64,000 nucleotides of DNA, taken from positions 5,774-69,773 of IMG/VR virus record IMGVR_UViG_3300034280_000973. The stretch is one strand, 5' to 3'. The stretch comes from a virus. The notes beneath the pieces were generated by a model that did not search any database, was not told the origin of the DNA, and saw only the letters and a program-made list of their open reading frames with translations. The position numbers were made by a program, and so were the translations under genes. Shown here in pieces: positions 20,195 to 29,450 of this stretch. Each line of letters opens with the position of its first letter. Position 1 is the stretch's first letter.

Positions 20195-20623
20195 TCATTT
20201 TTCATGTTTAGCCTTTAGCTCTGCTAGTAATTTGAGTTCTTTTTGTTTAATAAATTCTTGATCTTTTATCATTTGTTTATTTCTAGCTTCTATTTCTTTA
20301 GCTTTTTTTTCCTGCTTGATTTTTTCTGCTAAATTTATAGATTCCTTTCTAATGTTAGCCATTTTATTTTCATGTTCTTCGTCCTGACACCACATAAATT
20401 CGTCTTCGTCCCAATACTTACGGGACTCAATAATGTAAATTTCATATTCACCCTTGGGGTATTCTGCTCTAAAGCAGGCAATAGCTTTAATTAAGCCTTC
20501 TTCATCGTCTAAATCAAACTCTTCGTGATTGTGATATGCACTTTTTTTCCAATGGCAATAACCAGAAGTATCCCAATACCCCTGTTCTTTACAATGCATT
20601 GTAAGTAAATATTTAGTTTTCAT
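20195..20623 (-). CDS. Hypothetical protein
   Basis: ORF in operon. Confidence 0.6.
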   Translation of the reverse strand: MKTKYLLTMHCKEQGYWDTSGYCHWKKSAYHNHEEFDLDDEEGLIKAIACFRAEYPKGEYEIYIIESRKYWDEDEFMWCQDEEHENKMANIRKESINLAEKIKQEKKAKEIEARNKQMIKDQEFIKQKELKLLAELKAKHEK

Positions 20624-21147
20624 TATTCGTTCCTTTCATAGTACCATTTCGGGACATTATCAACAACATAACCAAAGTCTTTTAGTATTTGTTTTTGCTG
20701 TTCCATAGAAATCTTTTCATAACACCCAACAGTTGATTCCATACAATAAGCAAATGAACTAGGAATCTCTGGTTCGCACCCATGTTTATCAATAAAGTCG
20801 TTTAATTCATCATCAGATAAACCCTCTGGTTTTTCCCACTCCCATCCGTCAGGACAATGGCCCTTTTCGTCAAAAAATTTAATCGGAGCTAGGCACCAAC
20901 AATTTTCTTTTTCGCGATCTGGAATCGCATACCAACCTTCACCCCAAATGTAAGGGTGTGTATTATTTACACTATCGTCTGTTTGTGTTACTATACTATG
21001 CTCGTCCAAAAAATAATTTTGACGCATTTTTTCTATAGTAGTTTTAAGATAAAACGCTGCGGCCTCTAAGGAATTCGCAACACAAACCACAGAGTCCATA
21101 CTGTCTTCCAGATCAGTTACTACAATTACTTTTTTATTTATTATCAT
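20623..21147 (-). CDS. Hypothetical protein
   Basis: ORF in operon. Confidence 0.6.
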   Translation of the reverse strand: MIINKKVIVVTDLEDSMDSVVCVANSLEAAAFYLKTTIEKMRQNYFLDEHSIVTQTDDSVNNTHPYIWGEGWYAIPDREKENCWCLAPIKFFDEKGHCPDGWEWEKPEGLSDDELNDFIDKHGCEPEIPSSFAYCMESTVGCYEKISMEQQKQILKDFGYVVDNVPKWYYERNE

Positions 21148-21593
21148 GATATAATGTACCTTTTTACAGATAGACCTTCCAACCGAACCGTCGATATTAG
21201 CTTGAAATTGTGTGGAACATAAAAAAACTTATCACACGGGCTATTATCATTTATTCTTGATAAATAGATATTGTTAACAATACGATGTCTTAGGGCCATA
21301 TCGTAAATAGACTCGCCACCTATGATAAACCCGCTTGGATCATTTTTTATTGCAGTCATAAATTTATAATAATCTGCATAAGTGTATACATCCTTACGCT
21401 TCGTGCGAGACAAAACATAATTGCATCTGCCTTTTAATTGCCCACCTAAACTATCATAGGTTTTACCGCCCATGTAAACATTGTTACCATAGGTCATAAG
21501 TTTAAAGAACTGCATATCGTTTTTGTTATGCCACGGAATCGAGCCGTTGAAGCCAATGCCGTTATGATTATTAATTGCTACTATTATATTCAC
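21144..21593 (-). CDS. folA: Dihydrofolate reductase
   Basis: IIVA..GIG..IPW..DM.FF..T, MGGKTYDSL, IGGESIY, DKFF. Confidence 0.92.
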   Translation of the reverse strand: MNIIVAINNHNGIGFNGSIPWHNKNDMQFFKLMTYGNNVYMGGKTYDSLGGQLKGRCNYVLSRTKRKDVYTYADYYKFMTAIKNDPSGFIIGGESIYDMALRHRIVNNIYLSRINDNSPCDKFFYVPHNFKLISTVRLEGLSVKRYIIS

Positions 21594-21992
21594 TTACCTA
21601 AACTCCATCTTTTTTATTTTTTCTATAAGACTATCAATTACAGCCTCTTTTGAAATTTTCAATGGATGTTCTTTAGCTACATTTGAACTATAAACACCAC
21701 TAAGAAGCCCATGCATAATAGGATTGTAGCGATCTGCAATTTCTTCAATTCTGTAATTTTCCGGATGATCCCAGTCGTAAATATCTTCTCCGAATTCTTT
21801 CACAAGTGTATCAAAATCTGAATTTTCTGCATCTTTATAATAAACTTTCCAATCATAACCAAACGGATCGTTTATGTTTTTTCTTTTTGATAGATAAAAT
21901 CCGCGATAACGTATTCCGGAGTTATTAGCTTCAAAACAATAAATTTCTTCTTCAAGATCCGAAATTTGGTGTCTTATTTCAAAATTCATCAT
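21594..21992 (-). CDS. Hypothetical protein
   Basis: AGGAG SD. Confidence 0.6.
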   Translation of the reverse strand: MMNFEIRHQISDLEEEIYCFEANNSGIRYRGFYLSKRKNINDPFGYDWKVYYKDAENSDFDTLVKEFGEDIYDWDHPENYRIEEIADRYNPIMHGLLSGVYSSNVAKEHPLKISKEAVIDSLIEKIKKMEFR

Positions 21993-22036
21993 TATCTCCT
22001 AATGGAATCCAAACATAGTCAAAATATTCATCTGGA

Positions 22037-22336
22037 TTAAAGTTCAGAAATTCTCTCGTCACGAGGATGATCAGAATCAAAAATAATTTTAGGATCTACA
22101 TTATATCTTTCGCGAATCATATCAATGATTTTGCTATTAGTTGATGGGAATCCATACATTTCATAATTTATAAAATCTGGATCGCAACGCCCAATGACTT
22201 TTTCATATCCAAAAAATCCTCCGAATTTCTTTGAGAAATAATAAGAGTTTCGCCAGTTTTGAGTGTGAGTTACTCCAATATCAGCCAGCATCGCTTTGAA
22301 TAAAAAATCTTTTTCTTTATCTGTTAACGCAACCAT
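22037..22336 (-). CDS. Hypothetical protein
   Basis: GGAGG SD. Confidence 0.55.
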   Translation of the reverse strand: MVALTDKEKDFLFKAMLADIGVTHTQNWRNSYYFSKKFGGFFGYEKVIGRCDPDFINYEMYGFPSTNSKIIDMIRERYNVDPKIIFDSDHPRDERISEL

Positions 22337-22589
22337 TGTTTTCCTCCAATTTTTTTATAAAGTTATCAACTATTTTATCTGCACGCTCTTTGGTAATACC
22401 AAAATATTTTTCAAGTAGGTTAAACCAGCTATCGGGGCCGAACTTAGAATAATCGGGAGGATTTTCACCATTCCTAGTAAATTCATAAAAATTAAAAGAT
22501 TTAAGAATATCTTGTAAATCTAAGATATTATCTGTAATAATTCTCCATTTATCTTTTCCTGTTATCAGTCTCTTTGTGTTTATTCTCAT
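22317..22589 (-). CDS. Hypothetical protein
   Basis: AAGGA SD. Confidence 0.55.
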   Translation of the reverse strand: MRINTKRLITGKDKWRIITDNILDLQDILKSFNFYEFTRNGENPPDYSKFGPDSWFNLLEKYFGITKERADKIVDNFIKKLEENNGCVNR

Positions 22590-22637
22590 TTGTTTCCTTT
22601 GTTTTGGTATATCCTTTAGTGAGTAAAAATTCTCGCG

Positions 22638-23309
22638 TCAGCATATAATATTCCCGTGAGAAATTAAACCATCCATTTTTCCATCTTCGACGCATGAGGC
22701 ATTGCTAAAAATAGTATTACTTCCTGCGGGCCTGAAAACTCCACTATTTTTAATCCACTTATAATTATGTATATGCCCGAATAGCGAAGCCTTAATGTTT
22801 AATTTATCAATTCGCTTTCTTAAATTAGAGCAGCCACAGTTTTCAATGCTTCCGTCAATATTAATTGTATAATCAAGAATTCCTTGCGGCGGGCCGTGTG
22901 TAACAAGAATATCCGTGTCGTCCGGTATCAAATCCCAAACCTCGTTGATCTTGCCACGCTTGCGGTTCCAAGCCCATCCATGCCCGTATGAGGGGGTATA
23001 TGGACTCCCCCAAATCTTTAATCCCTCAACCACAATAGAATCATTCATTAAATATAAAATTCCTCTGTTTTTTATTTCTTCCACACTGTACAGCCCTCTT
23101 TCGATTGCCAAGTCGTGGTTTCCGCCAACAAAAATCTTGTGCTTTATGGGTAATATAGCATACCATTCGAAAAACGCAAGCACTTCATGGAAATTTATTG
23201 CGGGATTTCCGTTTGAGCTACAGTCACCGCTGAATATAACACAATCTACTTGCGGTACTTTTAGTTGTAGGTGTAGGTTGTGAGTATCGCTAATATGCCA
23301 AATTTTCAT
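22638..23309 (-). CDS. Metallophosphoesterase (MPPED-like)
   Basis: ISDTH, SGD, GNHD, THGPP, FGHIH. Confidence 0.9.
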   Translation of the reverse strand: MKIWHISDTHNLHLQLKVPQVDCVIFSGDCSSNGNPAINFHEVLAFFEWYAILPIKHKIFVGGNHDLAIERGLYSVEEIKNRGILYLMNDSIVVEGLKIWGSPYTPSYGHGWAWNRKRGKINEVWDLIPDDTDILVTHGPPQGILDYTINIDGSIENCGCSNLRKRIDKLNIKASLFGHIHNYKWIKNSGVFRPAGSNTIFSNASCVEDGKMDGLISHGNIIC

Positions 23310-24016
23310 TGTTTTTCAGTAAATTCAAGTATACTGTCCAGTATAAGTACATCTTTTGAATAGTTATCGCTAAGCGTTTTTTGTAAATCTAAAATATTTA
23401 TAGATATATGTCTAGATAATATTTCTATAGAAAATAAATATAATGCATGTTTATTTGAGTTACTATCTTTAAGTGATACATCATTCGTATTATGCAATAA
23501 ATCACATAATTTTACAAAAGGTGCGTATTTTTCGGAACGTATACTATTAATAAAATGATAATAGTTTTCTTCCTTCTTTCTGGTTAAAGCATCTATTGTA
23601 GTAGCAATGTCAAGCCTAAATGCATTATATACATCGTCAATTGTTAGAGAAGTATCCTCTACTGTATCATGCAGTAGTGCAGAAATTACAATTATCAAGT
23701 ATTCTTCTATAAACTTTTTGGCATCAATACAATAATCGTTAGCAATCATTGCTACAGGTAAAACATGCCCGAAAAAATAATCCTTACCGTCTCTACGTTT
23801 TTGTCCTTTGTGAGCTTCTTTCGAAAGAAAATAGGCTTGTCTTATAAGTTTACTCTCTATAAATATATAGAATCTGTCATAAATTTTTTCTATTTCTTCT
23901 GTAAATGCGGTTCCACTCATATAATAAGGAGTTCCGAATGCAGGGCATAATTTATGCATTTCTTTTCTTTGACATCCACGGCAAACTTCTTCTTCGTCAG
24001 TAGTAATCTCGTTCAT
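23306..24016 (-). CDS. HD-domain protein, SpoT/Mesh1-like hydrolase
   Basis: AHKGQKRRDG..Y..H, ALLHDTVEDT, VKLCDLLHN. Confidence 0.85.
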   Translation of the reverse strand: MNEITTDEEEVCRGCQRKEMHKLCPAFGTPYYMSGTAFTEEIEKIYDRFYIFIESKLIRQAYFLSKEAHKGQKRRDGKDYFFGHVLPVAMIANDYCIDAKKFIEEYLIIVISALLHDTVEDTSLTIDDVYNAFRLDIATTIDALTRKKEENYYHFINSIRSEKYAPFVKLCDLLHNTNDVSLKDSNSNKHALYLFSIEILSRHISINILDLQKTLSDNYSKDVLILDSILEFTEKQ

Positions 24017-24797
24017 TATTTATCTCTGTAATATATTTAACGATTTTATTGTAGTCCATGTCATACCAACCCGATGTGGATGCTCCATTAAGTTCCAAGA
24101 TATAAGGAAAGCATTTGTAATAACAAATATCGAGAACGTAAAATGTATCGGGAAAATGTTTTATTTTTGATGCTAGCTCAGTAAAATCATTTTTTATGTT
24201 TACTTTTACTGGATTATTTATAACATAAGGAACATAATCAATTATGGTATTTCCGTGCATTAACAATCTATATTCTATGTTTATATCTTTAGCCGAATCA
24301 ATAACAATAAGATCATTATCATTAATATTTGAGTCTGGAAGACTTTTGATTATGTCAAGTTCTTTAGTAAAATATTTGTAGCCTAGTGTTGTGCCGGTGA
24401 ATATTTTTTTACCGCTATTGGGCCTGATAAAAAATCTATTAGATGCTGTGGCTGATTTAATAGTATCTACGGCATAAGGTCTATATAATTTATGCCACGG
24501 CATAATAATATAACTCTGATTCAACATATCGTTATCGATATCTTTAGTATACTCGCTATAAGTATAATTACTTAGTGTGGTAGTATACAAGTTAGTGTAC
24601 TCTCCGTACATTAAATTAAATTGATTCACAAACTCGATAGAGCCGCGAACAAATATATCGGCATTGGCCGTAACACCGTCTTCGATATAGGCACTGTCCG
24701 TCAAAGTATACTTAGCTTTATTAAGTTTTAGTGCTTCAATCAATCTATCAGTTTCACCGCCCGAGAACTGACAATTTTTTTGAATTATAAATTCCAT
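23997..24797 (-). CDS. ATP-grasp protein (R2K-like)
   Basis: FFIRPNSGKKIFTG, EYR, YVLDI, LELNGASTSGWY. Confidence 0.75.
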   Translation of the reverse strand: MEFIIQKNCQFSGGETDRLIEALKLNKAKYTLTDSAYIEDGVTANADIFVRGSIEFVNQFNLMYGEYTNLYTTTLSNYTYSEYTKDIDNDMLNQSYIIMPWHKLYRPYAVDTIKSATASNRFFIRPNSGKKIFTGTTLGYKYFTKELDIIKSLPDSNINDNDLIVIDSAKDINIEYRLLMHGNTIIDYVPYVINNPVKVNIKNDFTELASKIKHFPDTFYVLDICYYKCFPYILELNGASTSGWYDMDYNKIVKYITEINNERDYY

Positions 24798-24799
24798 GA

Positions 24800-25180
24800 C
24801 TAATCTAGGTATCCGTACATTTTAATTCTTATAAAATTTTCAACATCTAGAAAAATACATCTAGATACTGTATATTCGCACCGACGCAATAGGTCAACCA
24901 TGCTCATAGCAGCACCGCGATTCAATGAATGCACAACAAAATGTTGAACGTTCTGCGGGTTATCAACTATATACCTAACAACCTGCATTCCCGTATTAAA
25001 CTCTTCCGAGTCTTGATATGTAGTACCGCCAAGATCATGATCTAGGAATACATAATCCCAATCTTCTGTCGGAAGTAAGTCAATACACTGCTGGGCCGTT
25101 TCGCACGTAACCGCCATTGGGAGCAAGCTCTTGAATTTTTTAGTTCTTAGCGGGCAATCATCTAAAAATAATATATTCAT
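24800..25180 (-). CDS. Cyclic-phosphate-processing receiver domain (cREC-like)
   Basis: ILFLDD, VFLDHDLGG, TG, VHSLN. Confidence 0.8.
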   Translation of the reverse strand: MNILFLDDCPLRTKKFKSLLPMAVTCETAQQCIDLLPTEDWDYVFLDHDLGGTTYQDSEEFNTGMQVVRYIVDNPQNVQHFVVHSLNRGAAMSMVDLLRRCEYTVSRCIFLDVENFIRIKMYGYLD

Positions 25181-25629
25181 TTCTTGTCTTTCGCGTATCC
25201 GTCTCTAACCATTATAGTTGAAATATTGTCTTCTTCGCCGTCTCCGTCAACATCTTTGTAGACTTTCGCCAAAAATCTTGACATGTTTACTGAATCACCA
25301 ATAGTTCCGTTATAAGGAATTTCTAAAACTATATTATCGCCGGGTTTAAGTAGTGTTTCCAAATGTTTCTTGGATTCTAAACCACGCTTCTTTTCTGCGG
25401 GATCTTTAGTTTTAACTTCTGGTGCCCAACAATCCAATAATCTAATGTTAGACTTAATGGTAAATTCTACTGTAATAGTGTCTCCGTCATAAACAGACTT
25501 AACCTTAGCCGGAAGTACGACAACAAAATCTCTTTTTTTATCCTGCTTTTCCTGCGGGGTCGCCGTAAAAGCATACCCGACAACTATAGAAGATAAAATA
25601 GTAACAATTAATACTAACCTAAACAACAT
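25177..25629 (-). CDS. Secreted thermonuclease (SNase) family
   Basis: Signal/TM; VYDGDTI, IRLLDCWAPE, RFLAKVY. Confidence 0.85.
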   Translation of the reverse strand: MLFRLVLIVTILSSIVVGYAFTATPQEKQDKKRDFVVVLPAKVKSVYDGDTITVEFTIKSNIRLLDCWAPEVKTKDPAEKKRGLESKKHLETLLKPGDNIVLEIPYNGTIGDSVNMSRFLAKVYKDVDGDGEEDNISTIMVRDGYAKDKK

Positions 25630-25754
25630 AGCTTGTCTCCAATCATATCTTTATATTTGTGATACATACTTTTTGTGGTGAAAATCTTATCGATGTCGGG
25701 CATCGCGTCAAGACCCTTACTGAAAATTCCATGAGTAATAAATAAGTAAAGCAT
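25614..25754 (-). pseudogene. Orphan 3' fragment of a prs-like gene (46 aa)
   Basis: Hand translation MLYLFITHGIFSKGLDAMPDIDKIFTTKSMY... aligns to the C-terminus of 26608-27423. Confidence 0.75.
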
Positions 25755-25774
25755 AAACGAAAAATTCTTTCTAT

Positions 25775-25788
25775 TGTGTATATTATAG
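25775..25788 (+). promoter_or_regulatory. Putative phage promoter motif TGTGTATATTATAG
   Basis: Near-identical to 7627-7640, same distance to ATG. Confidence 0.55.
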
Positions 25789-25827
25789 TTGAGACCGCAG
25801 CTACACTTAACACTTTTGGGAAAAATT

Positions 25828-26619
25828 ATGGCTAAAAATCAAATTTTGTGGGCAAATGAAGAAATTGATATTTTAACTGAAAAATATCCGAATTTATCCA
25901 ACAGAGAACTTTCTAAAATTTTAGGAAGAACTGTGGGGTCAATTAAGGGAAAAGCAATAAAATTAGGTTTGAAAAAATCTTATAGCATAAACCATAATAA
26001 ACTAAAAATATTACTTGATAATAGCAATAAATCTAATTATTGGCTTGGATTTATTATGTCTGATGGTTATATATCAAGTGGAGGTGAATTAAAAATAAGT
26101 TTAAATATTAAAGATATAGATCATTTATCTACGTTTTGTAATTATGTTAAAGCTAATATTAATGTATCTACAAAACATACTGTTTGCTTTAATTATTATA
26201 AGCGAGGACATATTTGTGCAATGTCTTGTAAAGATTCTATATATGGTAAATTAATACGTGAAAAATTTAATATTATTGATAAAAAAACATATAATCCAAT
26301 ATCTATTGACTATTTGGCAGAAAAAAATGCTTTTATATCTTTTTTATGTGGGTTAATAGATGGAGACGGATGTTTTTGTAAGGGTAGTAGCGGTAAATTT
26401 TCTTTTATAAGGATTCAGTGTCATAGTTCTTGGTTTTCTGTTTATCAAATAATTTGCAGTCGTTTATTGTCATACGAAATATTATCTAAAGTGAGTATTG
26501 ATACTCAGGGATATTGTAGATTCATAATTAATAAAAGTAATTCTATTTTATTATATAATATAATTAAATTTTTAAATATTCCATATTTATCCAGAAAATG
26601 GAATTTATTAGATATCTAG
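25828..26619 (+). mobile_element. Free-standing double-motif LAGLIDADG homing endonuclease, antisense
   Basis: YWLGFIMSDG, FLCGLIDGDG; paralogous to 7680-8663; start MAKNQ. Confidence 0.9.
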
Positions 26620-27423
26620 AGCGATTAGTCTGCCATTGGATTTATGTATATATCTTAAATAGTAAGGCAGGCTTTTAGTAGTATAGATATTTTCAAAATT
26701 TTCTAATAGATTATCTATTCCAGAACTAAATATTGCGTGAGAAACAAATATATCAACTTTTACAGAATTAGATTTTTCTTTTAATTTTTTGCACAAATTA
26801 ATATGCGTTCTAAAACCATCTCCTATATCATCCACTAAAAGGCATAATGCATTTCCAAGATCAATATCTGGAACTTTTGGCATTGACAACTTTCCGGTCG
26901 CTGGATCACGATCCTTAGAACATGGAATCATTGGGATTTCTAATTCCGCTGCCCATTTAGCAGCTTTCTCAACAGCACCTTTATCCGGAGCAATAACATA
27001 TTTATATTTGTTTTTAAATTTAACAGCATATTCCCACTGTTTTTTTATTTCCAAATTTAAATTCTGTTCTTTACATAGTTTTTCAAATGCATTAGAGTGA
27101 GGATCAATAGCATTAATCTTATGCCGGTATGGGGCTAATATATTGCTCAGCATTTTAACAACAACTTCTAAGCTAAAAGGCTGTTGATCGTTAGTAAATC
27201 TATCCTGACGGGCATGAGGAAAATATGGAATATTTAACTCAATACAATTAAATTTTACCTTACTGTCAAAGTAATGCAGCAAATTAGCTATTTGAAATAT
27301 TTCGGAATCGTCTTCATATTGCCATTCAATTTTAATAATATCATTTTCTTTCGGGCCTGTATACTTAAAAAATGTCTCGCCCGCAGGAAACTTCATAAAC
27401 TCTACACCGTCGCATATAATCAT
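26608..27423 (-). CDS. prs: Ribose-phosphate pyrophosphokinase-like (Prs/Adps-like)
   Basis: FPAGE, PYFPHARQDR, DPHS, APDKGA, LLVDDIGDGFRT. Confidence 0.88.
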   Translation of the reverse strand: MIICDGVEFMKFPAGETFFKYTGPKENDIIKIEWQYEDDSEIFQIANLLHYFDSKVKFNCIELNIPYFPHARQDRFTNDQQPFSLEVVVKMLSNILAPYRHKINAIDPHSNAFEKLCKEQNLNLEIKKQWEYAVKFKNKYKYVIAPDKGAVEKAAKWAAELEIPMIPCSKDRDPATGKLSMPKVPDIDLGNALCLLVDDIGDGFRTHINLCKKLKEKSNSVKVDIFVSHAIFSSGIDNLLENFENIYTTKSLPYYLRYIHKSNGRLIALDI

Positions 27424-27962
27424 TTTTTACCTCCAAATAAACCAAAAATACTAAAGTTATTACAATTCATTATAACATTCGGGTTGGATGTGTCAAGTGC
27501 TTGTCCACGCATTGGACGGAAAAAGTTTATTTCTTCCGCATCCCACGGTCTAGTTTTAGATTTCCAAGGTAGCCCGCCAAACCATCGCATGTCCTCTTTC
27601 GAGAAGTTGACGTAAGGATCGCCCAAGACTTCACTCATGACATGTCCGGGCTGTTTAATGTGACCACCGCCATTCACAAGCCAGTGGCCGATCTCATGCA
27701 CAAGTGCCAAAATCATCTGATCTGGATTAACCCATTTATATGCTGCGGAAGCAAAAATTCTTCGACCATTTTGCCACATAGGAACATTTTTACCACGGTT
27801 TAAATTAGTAAGAATTATTTCAAGCCTAGCATTTTTTGAAACCTGAATAAATTCAACGTTCCAGTATCTTTGTATTTTTTCGAATGCGGGCCTAATACTA
27901 ACCACAGACCATGTCGCATGGCTAGTATTTTTTTCGTGAGCAAAATTCCAGTTTATTCTCAT
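27420..27962 (-). CDS. Zinc metalloprotease (metzincin-like)
   Basis: HEIGHWL...H...VM; start MRINW. Confidence 0.7.
   Translation of the reverse strand: MRINWNFAHEKNTSHATWSVVSIRPAFEKIQRYWNVEFIQVSKNARLEIILTNLNRGKNVPMWQNGRRIFASAAYKWVNPDQMILALVHEIGHWLVNGGGHIKQPGHVMSEVLGDPYVNFSKEDMRWFGGLPWKSKTRPWDAEEINFFRPMRGQALDTSNPNVIMNCNNFSIFGLFGGKK
27469..27496 (-). promoter_or_regulatory. Promoter TTGACA-N16-TATAAT for prs-like gene
   Basis: TTGACAcatccaacccgaatgtTATAAT. Confidence 0.75.
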
Positions 27963-27975
27963 TTGGTAAATCTCA

Positions 27976-28470
27976 TTATGACTCCATAAATTTAGGCACT
28001 TGACGCTTAGTATAAACACACATGAATTTACCGTTTTTCATGTAAACTTTTTCATTTCTATAGTAGTTACGATAAGCAGTTACCGGGCAGTCGTTTTTAT
28101 ACTGATCGGGCATTGCTTGGGCAAATTCTAGCCCGGAGGGTGAAGCCGGAATAGTTTCAATGTACTCTCGGGCCACCGGAAGTATTCTAGCAGAAGCGTG
28201 CTCTTTGCCAAATCTAAAAACAAATTCTTTTGCAAGATATTCTGCAAGTTCTAAGACCCAAACAAAGTTATCGCGATTTGTCGTACATTTAATAGTACAA
28301 GGATGCTTCACGTAGGCTTGTTTGTACACGTTAATGTCTTTATCGGGATTGTTGATTCGGACAGCGGTAGAGAGCATTTGAGCGGCCTCTAAAATCATTT
28401 TGCGTACATGAACATCGTTATGGTAAACTGCCGCAGCACCGGGATGTTCGTCTAAAACAAAAACATTCAT
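27976..28470 (-). CDS. Pyrimidine-dimer DNA glycosylase-like (DenV superfamily)
   Basis: MNVFVLD, HVRKMILEAAQMLST, HPC, QAMPDQYK, AYRNYY. Confidence 0.75.
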   Translation of the reverse strand: MNVFVLDEHPGAAAVYHNDVHVRKMILEAAQMLSTAVRINNPDKDINVYKQAYVKHPCTIKCTTNRDNFVWVLELAEYLAKEFVFRFGKEHASARILPVAREYIETIPASPSGLEFAQAMPDQYKNDCPVTAYRNYYRNEKVYMKNGKFMCVYTKRQVPKFMES

Positions 28471-28483
28471 AATTACTCCTGTG

Positions 28484-29062
28484 TTAATTATTTTTATCTA
28501 CGTCATCCATTCTGGCACTAATACAATCACATAAATGTAAAAGCCATGCTAAGCGACTATTAGGAGAAACAGGACTGCCCCACTCTCTCAAGCCATGATG
28601 AGCTAAAATTGCATGTAACACTTCATCATTTTCATCTTTGAATCCATGATCTTTAGCGGCTTGGCTCCATAAGATTCCGGATCGGCTGATATGATGTATG
28701 TTTCGCTTGTGTGGCGTTTCTACCCAACCTTCTGCCTTGCCATGATCATAAGGCGGATCATATAAAATATGCCCCGAATATGTATAATCCCACATTTTCC
28801 CTGAATCATGAAAGAGTGCTGCAAGAAACAATTTGCGATCACAAACTGCTTTGTTGAGAGATTTGAAATATTCATTATTTTGGAGGCATAATTCAACAAC
28901 TTCAAAAGTGTGTTTTTGTAAGCCTTCATCTCCGTAATGATGATGAACTGGCTTTGCAGAACCTGAGCAAATTGCAAACCTTTTATCATTTAAAACGACA
29001 TTTGCAATCTTTGAGACTTTTAGTGATTTGGCTATTTTTTTAAGGGCGGCAATGTTATTCAT
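28484..29062 (-). CDS. HD-domain protein, YhaM-like
   Basis: HHHY..GL..HT, HDSGK, AILAHHG..EWGSPV. Confidence 0.8.
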   Translation of the reverse strand: MNNIAALKKIAKSLKVSKIANVVLNDKRFAICSGSAKPVHHHYGDEGLQKHTFEVVELCLQNNEYFKSLNKAVCDRKLFLAALFHDSGKMWDYTYSGHILYDPPYDHGKAEGWVETPHKRNIHHISRSGILWSQAAKDHGFKDENDEVLHAILAHHGLREWGSPVSPNSRLAWLLHLCDCISARMDDVDKNN

Positions 29063-29450
29063 ATGTATTTTTTCCTTCTATAAAACCGTTTTCGCTAGAA
29101 AACATATAATGTAAACCTATATCTTCAAGAAATCTCTTGCAATATTGGCAGGGTTCACTATATCTCAAGTTTCCCCATCTGTCAAGTCGAATGTTTAACA
29201 AAATACAATCTTCTAGGCCGTACTTCCAATTAGATACGGCATGTATTTCAGAGTGGATACTACTAAATCTATGTCCATATTTTGCCGCAAGAGGATGTGT
29301 TTTATACTGATGGTTAATACCTACGGAAACGATGCGGCTTTTTCTAACTAAAAAAGAAAAATGCTTGCATCTAAATTGTGCAAGCGTAATATTCTCTCGG
29401 GCCTCTTTTATACATCTTTGCAGTATTTTGTTTTTCAACATATTATTCAT
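29055..29450 (-). CDS. Cytidine/dCMP deaminase-like protein
   Basis: HSEIHA...PCQYC. Confidence 0.75.
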   Translation of the reverse strand: MNNMLKNKILQRCIKEARENITLAQFRCKHFSFLVRKSRIVSVGINHQYKTHPLAAKYGHRFSSIHSEIHAVSNWKYGLEDCILLNIRLDRWGNLRYSEPCQYCKRFLEDIGLHYMFSSENGFIEGKNTYE

